Positions 18,985 to 28,118 of a stretch of 64,000 nt of DNA are shown here, one piece after another (the first letter of the stretch is position 1; each line of letters begins with the position of its first letter). Made by a program: the position numbers and the translations under genes. Location of the stretch: positions 1-64,000 of the forward strand of contig JAYTOU010000040.1 in assembly GCA_043747615.1 (NCBI GenBank). The letters run 5' to 3'. Source of the stretch: Myxococcales bacterium (GTDB taxonomy: Bacteria > Myxococcota_A > Polyangia > Polyangiales > Polyangiaceae). The notes beneath the pieces were generated by a model. The model was not told the DNA's origin. It did not search any database and saw only the letters and a list, made by a program, of their open reading frames with translations.

Positions 18985-20025
18985 TCACCCTCGCGACAAA
19001 GATCGGCGCACGGCGCAGCGCCCCGCGAGCGACGCGCGAACACACTCGGCGTACCGATCGCCCGCCCGATCGTGGTCTGTTCGGATGATGACTCGAGAGC
19101 CCGACGGTACTCGTCGTGCAAACGCGTCTGACCACGAGCCGCCACCGACGCCGATCACGAGGGGTGCCGTTTCGTCTGCGTCCGAAAAGCGCGTCGCCCA
19201 AGTCAAAAAATCGGGCTCGCCTTCTGCAATGACGACACGAAGCGGAGCTTGCACCGCGGCGTGAGGGAACTGCGCACGGAGAAGTCCCACCGCGAACGGA
19301 TCGGCGAGAACAAGTCCTGATGCTCGGTAACCCGCGGGCGGCAGGCGTTTTGGAGTCTCACCATTCGCAACGCGCCAAGCCCGCAACGACTTCATACGAC
19401 CATGGGCGTCGTAAGCTGGAAGAATCAACCGGTGATCCGTTTCCACCCAGGTGCGACCCTGGTAGCGGGCCCAGCGCGGCAATTGGACGCTCATCGGCAG
19501 GACTCGCGCAAGGTCGCGATCGGTGATCGCCTCGACGTCCAAGGAGCGATGCTCAAGCATCATGCGCGCGTCTACGTCGTCGGTCGCGGGGAAGGCGGAA
19601 TTCCAAACTTCGGAGACTTCCGTCTCGGGCGGATACTCGCGCGGCGGGGTCATGTCACGGTCGGGTCTTTTGGCGTGCACGTGAGGCACGTTAGAAGGCG
19701 TGGCGTCGACGAGATCCCAACGACCGCCGATCTCCGCGGCGAGACGTAGCACGTCGGGGAAATCGCCTTTTGTGTCGAGCCGATTCACCGCCGCGATGAG
19801 TGAAAGCGCGTCCCCGCTTTTCCCGCAGCCGTGACAGTACGCAACGATCGTCCCTTCGCGCGCGGTCCACACCGCGCAAGAAGGCGTGCTTTCCTCGTGC
19901 CACGGACACGACACCTTGAACCCCGAACCTTCGCGACGACACGGCATCCCGAGTGCGGCGCAGAGCGCGGGCACGTCGGTGAGGCTATGTCGGATTTCGC
20001 GGGCCCGGCTCGAGCCCGGGCTCAC
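18985..20025 (-). CDS. DnaG-like primase (CHC2 zinc finger + TOPRIM)
   Basis: CPWHEESTPSC..CHGCG zinc finger; EGEPD and DHDRAG TOPRIM motifs; GTGA overlap with xis. Confidence 0.85.
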   Translation of the reverse strand: MSPGSSRAREIRHSLTDVPALCAALGMPCRREGSGFKVSCPWHEESTPSCAVWTAREGTIVAYCHGCGKSGDALSLIAAVNRLDTKGDFPDVLRLAAEIGGRWDLVDATPSNVPHVHAKRPDRDMTPPREYPPETEVSEVWNSAFPATDDVDARMMLEHRSLDVEAITDRDLARVLPMSVQLPRWARYQGRTWVETDHRLILPAYDAHGRMKSLRAWRVANGETPKRLPPAGYRASGLVLADPFAVGLLRAQFPHAAVQAPLRVVIAEGEPDFLTWATRFSDADETAPLVIGVGGGSWSDAFARRVPSGSRVIIRTDHDRAGDRYAECVRASLAGRCAVRRSLSRG

Positions 20026-20252
20026 AGGTCGAAGTCCGGTGTCATGTGCCGGGGCCTTGCCCCGGACGGCAGTTCGGCGACGCGCCGCGCCTCGACCCAG
20101 ACGCGAAGTTCCTCGGGGACAAAGCGCACGAGCCGCCGGCCGAGGCGGACGTGTGGGATCTCACGGCGCGACACCATTGAGTAGAGCGTCCCCACACGAA
20201 CGCCGAGAAATTGTGATGCTTGCACATACGTAAAAAGACTTGAATCGGACAT
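20022..20252 (-). CDS. xis: Excisionase-like HTH_17 DNA-binding protein
   Basis: ASQFLGVRVGTLYSMVSRREIPHVRLGRRLVRF; GGAGG SD before ATG 20252; located between int and primase. Confidence 0.85.
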   Translation of the reverse strand: MSDSSLFTYVQASQFLGVRVGTLYSMVSRREIPHVRLGRRLVRFVPEELRVWVEARRVAELPSGARPRHMTPDFDL

Positions 20253-20307
20253 GCGTTCCTCCATCCCTTGCGGATGGTTGACGATGCCATGTGGTCTTGC
20301 GCTGTCT

Positions 20308-20336
20308 CCTGCAACTCGAGTGAGGCGAGTTGCAGG
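20308..20336. promoter_or_regulatory. Palindromic operator-like site upstream of xis
   Basis: Perfect 11-bp inverted repeat CCTGCAACTCG-N7-CGAGTTGCAGG; a near-identical copy lies upstream of int. Confidence 0.65.
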
Positions 20337-20497
20337 GCCTCCGCGGTTCGTTCGAGAGCGTGGCGGAAAGCGATCTGCTCGAGCCGCGACGATTGCGAGG
20401 CACCGCGCGCGCTTCAGGTCGATCGCTTCAAAGGCACGGGCACGCGAGGCGCTATCTAGCCGCGCTCGCTGGCACTCGTGCGGACAAGTCGCCGGCG

Positions 20498-21631
20498 CTA
20501 GTCGTTTGCCGCCGCGCTTTGGCCGTAGGGGGCGTCTCCGCGACGCACGAGGGGCAGCACTGCCCCGCCTTGGACGAGTCCCGAGAATCGGCCGAAGTCC
20601 GCCTCAAAAGCGCCAGGCACGAGGTGCGCGTAGCGCACCGTCATCTGGACGGTCTTATGGCCGAGGATCTTCTGGAGCTTGAAAAGATCCCCGCCCTTGG
20701 TGACCCAAAGGCTCGCAAACGTGTGCCGCAAGTCGTGGAAGTGGATGTACCCGCGCGTCTTCCCTTTGCGTTGGACCTTGGCAAATCCACCGCGCTCAAG
20801 AACGCGCGTCAGAACTTCCTGAAAGACGCGCGCCGATTCCGTGTGGGCTCGCCCCGCTTGGTTCGGGAAGACAACGGACCCCGCGTTTCGAAGGCGCCAC
20901 TTCTGCAAGATGGGAAGGAGCTCGTTGAGGATCGGCACGTAGCGGACGTCGCCCGCTTTCGTGGGTCCGTTGAAGCCGCGCTGCAGCGTGATCAGCCGCC
21001 GCACGACGTCAACGTCGCCCCACGTCAGCATCGCAAGCTCGCCCGCGCGTGCGCCGGTGAGGAGGGCCGTCGCGTAGAGCGCATGCACCATCTCACCCTC
21101 GCTTTCCGCGGAGATGAGGAAGCGGCGGATCTCCGTGTCCGAACGGAGGTAACAGAAGTCACAGTCGAAGATGCGGATGCGCGGTTTTTTGATGCGCGGC
21201 ACGCGCTCTAGCCAGCCCAGATCGTGGGCGCAGTTCAGCATCGAGAGAAGAAGGGTCAGAAGGTTCGCGATGGTCTTCGGATCGAGGTGGGAGCGCGCGA
21301 CCGTAAATCGGTCGGCGCGCTCGACGCCGATCTCGCGAATGAGAAGCTCGCCAAACGACGGCCGCAGGTGGCAGCGGATGATGCTCGCGTCGTCCTTCGG
21401 ATCGCGCTTGCGGGACGCGCGGTTCTCGATCCAGTAATCGCAAAGCTCGCCGAAATTCTTGTCGACGGGTGCGATGCGGATCCCCCGGCGAATTTCTTCG
21501 ACGCGGACCTCGTACTGCCGAAGCGCGAAGGCGGCACTCTTGAAGTCATCGTGGACCTCGCTCTGGCGGACGCCCTGATCGTCCACGTAGCGGATGCGCC
21601 ATTTGTCTCGATGCCGGATCGGTTTGCCCAC
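20498..21631 (-). CDS. int: Tyrosine recombinase / phage-type integrase
   Basis: Catalytic residues R (TGARAGE), K (TKAG), HxxR (HDLRH), H (LGH), Y (RYAH); N-terminal arm-binding-like WRIRYVD. Start placed at GTG 21631. Confidence 0.95.
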   Translation of the reverse strand: MGKPIRHRDKWRIRYVDDQGVRQSEVHDDFKSAAFALRQYEVRVEEIRRGIRIAPVDKNFGELCDYWIENRASRKRDPKDDASIIRCHLRPSFGELLIREIGVERADRFTVARSHLDPKTIANLLTLLLSMLNCAHDLGWLERVPRIKKPRIRIFDCDFCYLRSDTEIRRFLISAESEGEMVHALYATALLTGARAGELAMLTWGDVDVVRRLITLQRGFNGPTKAGDVRYVPILNELLPILQKWRLRNAGSVVFPNQAGRAHTESARVFQEVLTRVLERGGFAKVQRKGKTRGYIHFHDLRHTFASLWVTKGGDLFKLQKILGHKTVQMTVRYAHLVPGAFEADFGRFSGLVQGGAVLPLVRRGDAPYGQSAAAND

Positions 21632-21669
21632 GTGCTCTGCTCCATTGCCGCGAGCAAGGCTCCGAGTCT

Positions 21670-21698
21670 CCTGCAACTCCGGGGGCGTCAGTTGTAGG
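21670..21698. promoter_or_regulatory. Palindromic operator-like site upstream of int
   Basis: CCTGCAACT-N11-AGTTGTAGG; GTCTCCTGCAACTC (21666-21679) is identical to 20304-20317. Confidence 0.65.
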
Positions 21699-21729
21699 AC
21701 GCCGATCAACACCTTCGAACAACGACCCG

Positions 21730-21760
21730 TGGCCCCAGATTGGCCCCAGACGGTCCCAGA
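21730..21760. promoter_or_regulatory. Putative integrase arm-type binding sites, right end
   Basis: Three tandem 10-mers TGGCCCCAGA, TGGCCCCAGA, CGGTCCCAGA, 60-90 bp inside the att. Confidence 0.7.
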
Positions 21761-21767
21761 AACGCCA

Positions 21768-21802
21768 ACGCGGAACTGACCAAACTTCGGTCAATCCCGC
21801 GT
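21768..21802 (-). terminator. Island-supplied 14-bp stem-loop downstream of tRNA-fMet (replacement terminator or processing hairpin)
   Basis: Minus-strand RNA ACGCGGGAUUGACC-GAAGUUU-GGUCAGUUCCGCGU pairs fully with two G-U wobbles; no clean U-tract follows. Confidence 0.5.
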
Positions 21803-21820
21803 CATTGCTTCCGATTGAAG

Positions 21821-21897
<77 letters not shown>

Positions 21898-21932
21898 ACA
21901 AGAGAGAAACTGCATACTGCGAAGGCCGCGCC

Positions 21933-21960
21933 AACCTACTCCCCGGGTCTCACAAGTCAA
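21933..21960 (-). promoter_or_regulatory. Sigma70-type promoter of tRNA-fMet
   Basis: TTGACT-N16-TAGGTT followed by GC-rich discriminator GGCGCGGCC, typical of stable-RNA promoters. Confidence 0.6.
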
Positions 21961-22373
21961 GGGCCGTCGCCCGCACCGTGCTCGCACGTCGCTTCGCGCG
22001 AGCGCGTGAAAACGAATCCACCTCCGCCCGCGGGCGCTCTGCCGCTCACTTTGTCTGCGCGCAATTCGCCTTGCTGAAATACGAATCGATTCTTGGATCA
22101 TCGCCCATCACACGCCAGCTCTGCTCCTTCGGCGCGCCGAGCCCGAGCTGCTGATCGTACGTAATTCGCACGGTCTTCCCCGCGGTGAGGCTCTTCGCCG
22201 GGAGCGCCTTCGCGAGCTGCTTGATCCCGCACGCCGGCAGCGAGTCCGAGTTAGCCGACTTGGCGAGCGACTTGGCCGCGCTCAGCGACGCGTGGCAAGC
22301 CCGGCGACGCTCGCCATCACGCCCGCATGCGAATGTTGCTACCGCTTCCTCGACCGGGCCCTAAGCTTGGTCC

Positions 22374-22592
22374 ATGAGTGACGAGCTGGACGGAAAGACC
22401 ATGGAAATGACCGCACTCCTCCCAGAGGGCGAGTTCCAGGTTCACTACACGAAGAGCTCCAGCGCTGGCAACCACGCGGGGACCGACGAAGCGCTGACCC
22501 TCGAGGACGCTCGGAAGCTCGCGATCGCACGCCAAGCCATGGGCTACAAAACCGTCATCATCGAGACCAAGAGCGGCGCCCGCGTCCGCTAG
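22374..22592 (+). CDS. Small hypothetical protein
   Basis: 72-aa ORF with GC-rich third codon positions and normal composition. Confidence 0.6.
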   Translation: MSDELDGKTMEMTALLPEGEFQVHYTKSSSAGNHAGTDEALTLEDARKLAIARQAMGYKTVIIETKSGARVR

Positions 22593-22606
22593 TCCGGGCG
22601 TTGCTT

Positions 22607-23284
22607 CTACTTCTCGCCGAGCTCCTCGCTGGGCTTCGCTTCGCTTTCGAGCGGCGCCGAAACATACGCGTACGTCACCGACGAACCCTGCGCGCGATCG
22701 TGAATCGCATCGACTCCGTTCATCGCCGCGTCGCGTAGCTCTTCGTCGACCGCCGACTGCGGCGCGGGGAGGTTGGGCACGACCATCAGATCGCAGCTGA
22801 GGATCGTGAACTTGTCGTCCACCGTTTTCATGGTGAGGAGGATGTTCATGTCCTTGATGTTGCCGCGAACGAATTTCCCTTCGACCTGCTCCACGCCGGG
22901 CGCGATCGTCTTCAGCGCTCCGAAGCGCGCGACGTACCAGAGCGTGACCATCCCGTGCATGACCGGGATCTGGAAATACATGTCGATGTTGGCGCCGTCC
23001 TTGGCGACCATCCGTGAGGTCTTGAACTTCTCCGGTGCCAGGTCCCGGTAGTGCGGAAAATCCAACACCTGCGTGCGCACCGAGCTCAGTGGGGCACGAA
23101 TGAGCGCTTCCGCGTGGCCGTAGCGCGCCGTTCGCCCCGGGGGCGTCCAGTTCCACTTGAGCGAATGCCCGGCGTTGTTCAGGCGTGAGAGCTGGGGATC
23201 CTCCCCGGAAGCCCGCGCATATGTGGGGGTAAAGCACAACGCCGTTGCCGCTAGGAGTGGAAACATTGCACCGGTCACACGCAT
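22607..23284 (-). CDS. Secreted SRPBCC/START-like protein
   Basis: Signal peptide; AEALIRAPLSSVRTQVLDFPHY START-like motif. Confidence 0.65.
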   Translation of the reverse strand: MRVTGAMFPLLAATALCFTPTYARASGEDPQLSRLNNAGHSLKWNWTPPGRTARYGHAEALIRAPLSSVRTQVLDFPHYRDLAPEKFKTSRMVAKDGANIDMYFQIPVMHGMVTLWYVARFGALKTIAPGVEQVEGKFVRGNIKDMNILLTMKTVDDKFTILSCDLMVVPNLPAPQSAVDEELRDAAMNGVDAIHDRAQGSSVTYAYVSAPLESEAKPSEELGEK

Positions 23285-23398
23285 GGGGAATGCCCTCTCG
23301 TTCTAACGTAAGCAGGAGGCGCGCCAAGCCAACCCGTGAAGGTTGGACGCGCTCGAACCCGCCTTCATTCATGACCGCGTCACCCCGCGCGGTCGAGG

Positions 23399-26284
23399 CT
23401 ACATCTTGAAGCGCATGCGTCCTTCGGTGGTCCACCACTCGCGGTAGCGGAGCTGCGCCTTGTCGCGCTCTTTCCTCGGCAGATCGTCGTAGTAGCCAAA
23501 GTACTCCTTGGTGAGCGCTTTCAGCTCTTCGCCGGCGGCGTGCCGAATCGCCTGGTGCTCGTGGGTGAGGGCGTCGATCAGCCACTCCACGCGGTGCCGC
23601 GACGAGTTCTGATTCCACCACGTCATCCAGCGCCGTGCCTCGCGTCCAAAGTCCTGGCGGGCGACGATCATGAGAGCGCCGCGAGCCGCTGCGGAGACCT
23701 CGTCGTTCTCGTCCTCGAGGACGGAGATGAACGAGGGTATGGCGAGCGGCTCCCGCATCTCTTCGAGCACGCCGAGAAGCTCGAGACGCTTCGAGCGCAC
23801 CAGCCCCGTCGCTCGCACCAAGGTTCCGATCTCGCGCGCGATCGCTTCGCCGTGATGCTTGGCGAGCGCCCGCGCGGCAACTCGCGCCACGCGTCGAATC
23901 GGCGTCGACTTGTCGCTCAAGCGCGCGACCACGTACGGCACGGCCTCTGCGTACGTGAGCTCCGCGAGCAGCGCCGTTGCCCAGAAGCGCATGGTCTCGT
24001 CTGGATCGTCGATGCGCGACAGGACGGATTGAAGCGCGACCCGCCGCTGCCCCGCGATGAGACGGAGGATGGGACCGCAGCTGCCCACCGGCGGAATCTC
24101 GTCGTCGCTCGAGGAGCGGGGATCGAAGACAACCGGGCCTGGGAAATGCGCCATGATCGCCGGCATCGCGCTGTTGCCCTGGCGAAGGAGCTCTGCCTCC
24201 GCGGCATCGTCGTTCGGATTGGCGATGAAGCGCTCGACCAGCACCTCGAGCTCGCGCGCCACGTCGACCATCACCGATGGAAGCTCCTGCGGCGATTTCG
24301 TACGCGACGACGGCGGGCGACGCGGCGCGGCCACGAACGACTGGCTCGGCGGGTACTTGTCCTCCGGCTCTTCTGCCTCTTCTTCGTCGGGCTCGGCGAA
24401 CTCGTCGAGGAGCGCCTTCGCTTCGTCGTCGCCGAGCTCGTCACTGGTCGTCGTCGACTCTTCCTCCTCGGCCTCCCGACGCGCATCGCGGGCGGAGTCG
24501 CGTGGCTCGGCGACGCCGCGCGGAGCCATTTTCTCGGTGATCGGGGGGATCGACGGCAGCGCCGCATTCATCGGAATGCGATCGGGCGGGCGCGACAGAG
24601 AATCGGTCGGATCTTCGCGCGGAATCGGCCGGCCGCTCGGCCTTCGTACCTGCATGACTACGGGCGGGGGGGGTGTTCCCGAGATCGGATGCGCCGGCAC
24701 CGCGAGCCCCGTCAGTGAGTGCGTCGGGACATGTTCGAGATCGGTGACGAGCTGCGCCGGCGGGATGACGCTCGCGGCAAGCGGAGACGACAGCGGCCCC
24801 TGGGGCACGGCGGGCGCTTGGCGCTGCGACGGGTTCGACGACGTCTTGGGAGGGCTGAGCAGCGCGCGCCCGAGCGCTTCGGCGCGATCGGAACGTGACA
24901 CGGGCTGCGGTCGCTGCGATTTACGCTTGGCGAGCACGAGGTTCGCATCGACGCGGCCCACGGTCGGTGCAGCCGTGCCCGCCGCCGCGAAGCCTCCGAG
25001 CTTCTTCTTGAGAATGAGGCGCTCGAAGGCCTGCCCCGCGAGCTTCGCGAAAGCGATGACCTCTGTCACGAGCGGAAGCTCGACGGCGTTCTCTCCCGAG
25101 TCTCCGTAGAGGAGCGCGACGGCGCGACCGCGCACCACGACGGGAACGATGATCACCTCGAGCCGCACACGCGTTCTGTCGAGATCCGCGAGGAGCACCG
25201 GATCGAGCCCCACCTTCGCAGGGATCACGATGAGCGGCGCCTTCGCATCGCGCGCCGACGCAAGGATGCCCGTCATGTCGAGGGGGACGCCGATGCCCAC
25301 CACCCGCTCCCGCGTCGCCCCTGCCCCGAACGACTCGCGCCCCTCGGCGATATCGCCGTGCACGATGAAGAGCGCCGCGTACTCGAAATACTGACGCGCA
25401 AAGTCGAAGAAGAGATCCAAGAGGCCGTCGCGGTCGGCGATCTCCTCCATCTCCATGCGAGCGGCCTCGAAGGGCAGCGGTCCGCGGCGACGACGTGCAG
25501 GTCGAACAGGCGCGGGGGCCGGGGATCCGCTTTGCCGGAGGGTGGCGCCGCCGTCGGGTAGCGCGCTGTATTTCGCGGTCGGCTCGTCGTTCGCGACGAC
25601 TGGTGGAAGATTGAGCACGTCGGTGGGCGTGCCTACGGCGATGATCTGGTCGGGCTCGATGCTCCCGCCGTTCCATCGTCCGGGGTCGGTGGTCGTCGAA
25701 GGGGCGGCGGGGAATCCTCCCGAGGTCGGCTTGCGCGATTTCAAGCTCGCGGGAGGCACGGACGGAGGTCTCGCGGTGAGGGGCGGCAGCGATCCGGCGG
25801 GCACAGTCTTGTCGCCGCGCATGCGCGCAAGGAGCCGACCAAGGCGCCGCTCGATCACCGTCCCGTACTCGCGGGCCAGGGCTTCGCGGATCCGCACGTG
25901 CGAGCCGAGGCGTTGCACCACCGGAACGCCGAGGGCGAACATGAGCTGCTCTTCTTCTTCGGGGCTGAGCGGCTCGGCGATAATCACCACCACTTGCTCG
26001 CCGTCGTCCGACATCTGCAGCGGGTAGACGGAGCGCTCGGTCACCAGATCGGCGGGCACGAGCGAGCGCGCCTTTGCATCCGGCGCCGGCAGAACCCCGA
26101 ACGGGGCGGGCACGAGACCCACGAGCTCGGCGGCCGCAGCGAGCAAGACCCTCTCGTCGAGCTGGGCTACCTCGAGGAGGTTCGTGATGAGATCGCCGCC
26201 GTAGAGGACCTGCCGCGAGAGGGCCTCTTCGACCTGGCGGATCGTCGCGATCTCGCGCTGGACGATGAGGGAGCTCAGGGACAT
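23399..26284 (-). CDS. FrgA-like protein (T2SSE-N/MshEN-like N-terminus, GAF-like core, Pro-rich linker, HEAT repeats)
   Basis: QVEEALSRQVLYGGDLITNLLE N-terminus; IVPVVVRGRAVALLYGD; C-terminal HEAT-like repeats. Confidence 0.65.
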   Translation of the reverse strand: MSLSSLIVQREIATIRQVEEALSRQVLYGGDLITNLLEVAQLDERVLLAAAAELVGLVPAPFGVLPAPDAKARSLVPADLVTERSVYPLQMSDDGEQVVVIIAEPLSPEEEEQLMFALGVPVVQRLGSHVRIREALAREYGTVIERRLGRLLARMRGDKTVPAGSLPPLTARPPSVPPASLKSRKPTSGGFPAAPSTTTDPGRWNGGSIEPDQIIAVGTPTDVLNLPPVVANDEPTAKYSALPDGGATLRQSGSPAPAPVRPARRRRGPLPFEAARMEMEEIADRDGLLDLFFDFARQYFEYAALFIVHGDIAEGRESFGAGATRERVVGIGVPLDMTGILASARDAKAPLIVIPAKVGLDPVLLADLDRTRVRLEVIIVPVVVRGRAVALLYGDSGENAVELPLVTEVIAFAKLAGQAFERLILKKKLGGFAAAGTAAPTVGRVDANLVLAKRKSQRPQPVSRSDRAEALGRALLSPPKTSSNPSQRQAPAVPQGPLSSPLAASVIPPAQLVTDLEHVPTHSLTGLAVPAHPISGTPPPPVVMQVRRPSGRPIPREDPTDSLSRPPDRIPMNAALPSIPPITEKMAPRGVAEPRDSARDARREAEEEESTTTSDELGDDEAKALLDEFAEPDEEEAEEPEDKYPPSQSFVAAPRRPPSSRTKSPQELPSVMVDVARELEVLVERFIANPNDDAAEAELLRQGNSAMPAIMAHFPGPVVFDPRSSSDDEIPPVGSCGPILRLIAGQRRVALQSVLSRIDDPDETMRFWATALLAELTYAEAVPYVVARLSDKSTPIRRVARVAARALAKHHGEAIAREIGTLVRATGLVRSKRLELLGVLEEMREPLAIPSFISVLEDENDEVSAAARGALMIVARQDFGREARRWMTWWNQNSSRHRVEWLIDALTHEHQAIRHAAGEELKALTKEYFGYYDDLPRKERDKAQLRYREWWTTEGRMRFKM

Positions 26285-26339
26285 GGGGAGGGCGGTTCTT
26301 AGGCAGTCTCGCTTTCCGCGGCTCCCATTGTCAATCTTC

Positions 26340-27149
26340 TCACACTGACCCGAAGTACCCTTCGAGCGCGGAAATTAACCCTGAAATCGTGGGCGAGGGC
26401 GCCGTGGCCGCCACCAGGATGCCGCGCTGCCTCGCCGCAGCGGTCGTGATGGGGCCAATGCTGAAGGTCTTTGCACCCCTAAGGATGAAAGCCGCGTCCG
26501 GACCTAGGGCGTCTGCGAGGTTCTCGACCGTGCTGCCGGAGGTGAAGGTGACGGCGTCGATCCGCCCTGCGTCGAGGTCCGCCCGGAGAGCCGCCAGCGC
26601 TTCCGCCGCGGGCGCCCGCGTCTCGTAGGCTGGAACGACGTCTACCGTGAAACCCTCCGCGCGAAGGAGGAGCGGAAGGGCCTCGCGAGCGACGAGGGCC
26701 CGCGGAAGAAGGACTCGCTTTCGTCCGAGCGCATCGGCGTGAGCGATGATCTCCGCTGCCAGCCCCTCCCCTTTCGAGTCCTTGGCAACGATGTCCGAAC
26801 GGAGCCCATGACGAGCAAGCGCGTCGGCAGTCCCTGCTCCCACCGCCGCAATCTTTGCCTGACCGAACGCCCCCGCGTCGCGCCCTTGCCCCGTGAGCGC
26901 GGCGACGAAACGCTCCACCGCGTTCGCGCTCGTGAAGGCCACGAGATCGTACGCACTCGGGAATGAAGCGACGGCCCGAGCCAGCGGCACGGGATCCGGC
27001 GGCGGATGAATCTCGATCGCAGGAACGGCGATGGGCACGGCCCCGCGTTCCCGAAGAAGAGCGCTCAGCCCCTCCGACTGCGCGCGGGTGCGGGTGACGA
27101 GAACGCGCTTTCCGAAGAGCGGTCGGCGGTCGTCCTCCGCGGCGGTCAC
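26340..27149 (-). CDS. hemD: Uroporphyrinogen-III synthase
   Basis: PLFGKRVLVTR, FTSANAV, AVGAGTA, FTSGSTV, SIGPIT; GTG start overlaps the upstream stop (GTGA). Confidence 0.92.
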   Translation of the reverse strand: MTAAEDDRRPLFGKRVLVTRTRAQSEGLSALLRERGAVPIAVPAIEIHPPPDPVPLARAVASFPSAYDLVAFTSANAVERFVAALTGQGRDAGAFGQAKIAAVGAGTADALARHGLRSDIVAKDSKGEGLAAEIIAHADALGRKRVLLPRALVAREALPLLLRAEGFTVDVVPAYETRAPAAEALAALRADLDAGRIDAVTFTSGSTVENLADALGPDAAFILRGAKTFSIGPITTAAARQRGILVAATAPSPTISGLISALEGYFGSV

Positions 27150-28087
27150 TGAGGCGCGCAGGTGGAGACGCCCGCGCCGACGATGACCCCGGGGTACGCG
27201 CCGACCTGGGTGAGCGACTGGTCGGACGGTCGGTAGCGGGTGACGACCGACGACCCTCCGGGTGCGGTGAAGAGATAGAAATCGCCGCCCCAGAAGCCGA
27301 AGGCCCAGCCGCTGCCCAGAGCGAGGCTTACGTGGTTGGTCGCGATGACACTGGCGGTCGCTTTGTCGATTTCGCCAACGAACGAATCGCCCACGTTGGC
27401 GGCCGGACTGTAGAAAGCGAAGAGACGGCCGTCGCCGGTTCCCGTGAGCTCCGCGAGCGTAATCGCCGGCGTGAAGGTGCCGATCGACGTGAGATTGAAG
27501 GAGGTCGTGTTGAGCGAGCCGAGCACCGAGTCCTGATTGGCGAGGAACAGCGTCTCCGCGGGGCCGCCCGCGTTGGTGGAGAAGCCCATTCCGAACGAGT
27601 TGAACGAATGCTGCCCGGAGGCATAGGACGTCGGGACACACGCTCCCGTCGCCGTGCTCACGCGAAAGAGCTCACCCTGCAAGCGCTGTCGATCCTCGAA
27701 CAGAACGAACGCCACGCCCTTGCGATCCACGGCCATCGAGAACGGCGTAAAGCCTGGCGGCGAAGGGCACGCCAGAACGCCAATCCGGTTGAAGACCCCG
27801 GTGGGCGGGTAGAACGAGAGAAGGTCGTTCGTGTCGGTGACCACGTAAATCTGAGTCTGCCCGGCATCGACGCAGTCCATGCGGTTCGCGTCGCGCTTGG
27901 ACGAGTCGAGCATGGGGATGTCGTCGATCGCGTCGGCGATGGCGCCATCCGGGAGGCGACGAACGTCGGTGTCGCTATCTGGGACGAGCGCCGACTCGTC
28001 GAACGGAAGGCCCGTTCGCGAGCCACAAGCGATGAAGCCCGCTGTTCCAAGCGCGATAAGGACAAGGGCGACCCCGCGGGACTGCAT
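27146..28087 (-). CDS. Hypothetical lipoprotein, beta-propeller-like
   Basis: Lipobox FIAC; PFSMAVDRKG, ELTGTGDGRLF, IVGAGVSTCAP. Confidence 0.8.
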   Translation of the reverse strand: MQSRGVALVLIALGTAGFIACGSRTGLPFDESALVPDSDTDVRRLPDGAIADAIDDIPMLDSSKRDANRMDCVDAGQTQIYVVTDTNDLLSFYPPTGVFNRIGVLACPSPPGFTPFSMAVDRKGVAFVLFEDRQRLQGELFRVSTATGACVPTSYASGQHSFNSFGMGFSTNAGGPAETLFLANQDSVLGSLNTTSFNLTSIGTFTPAITLAELTGTGDGRLFAFYSPAANVGDSFVGEIDKATASVIATNHVSLALGSGWAFGFWGGDFYLFTAPGGSSVVTRYRPSDQSLTQVGAYPGVIVGAGVSTCAPQ

Positions 28088-28118
28088 CGGGGCACTATAC
28101 CTGTGTTATGCGATCTTG

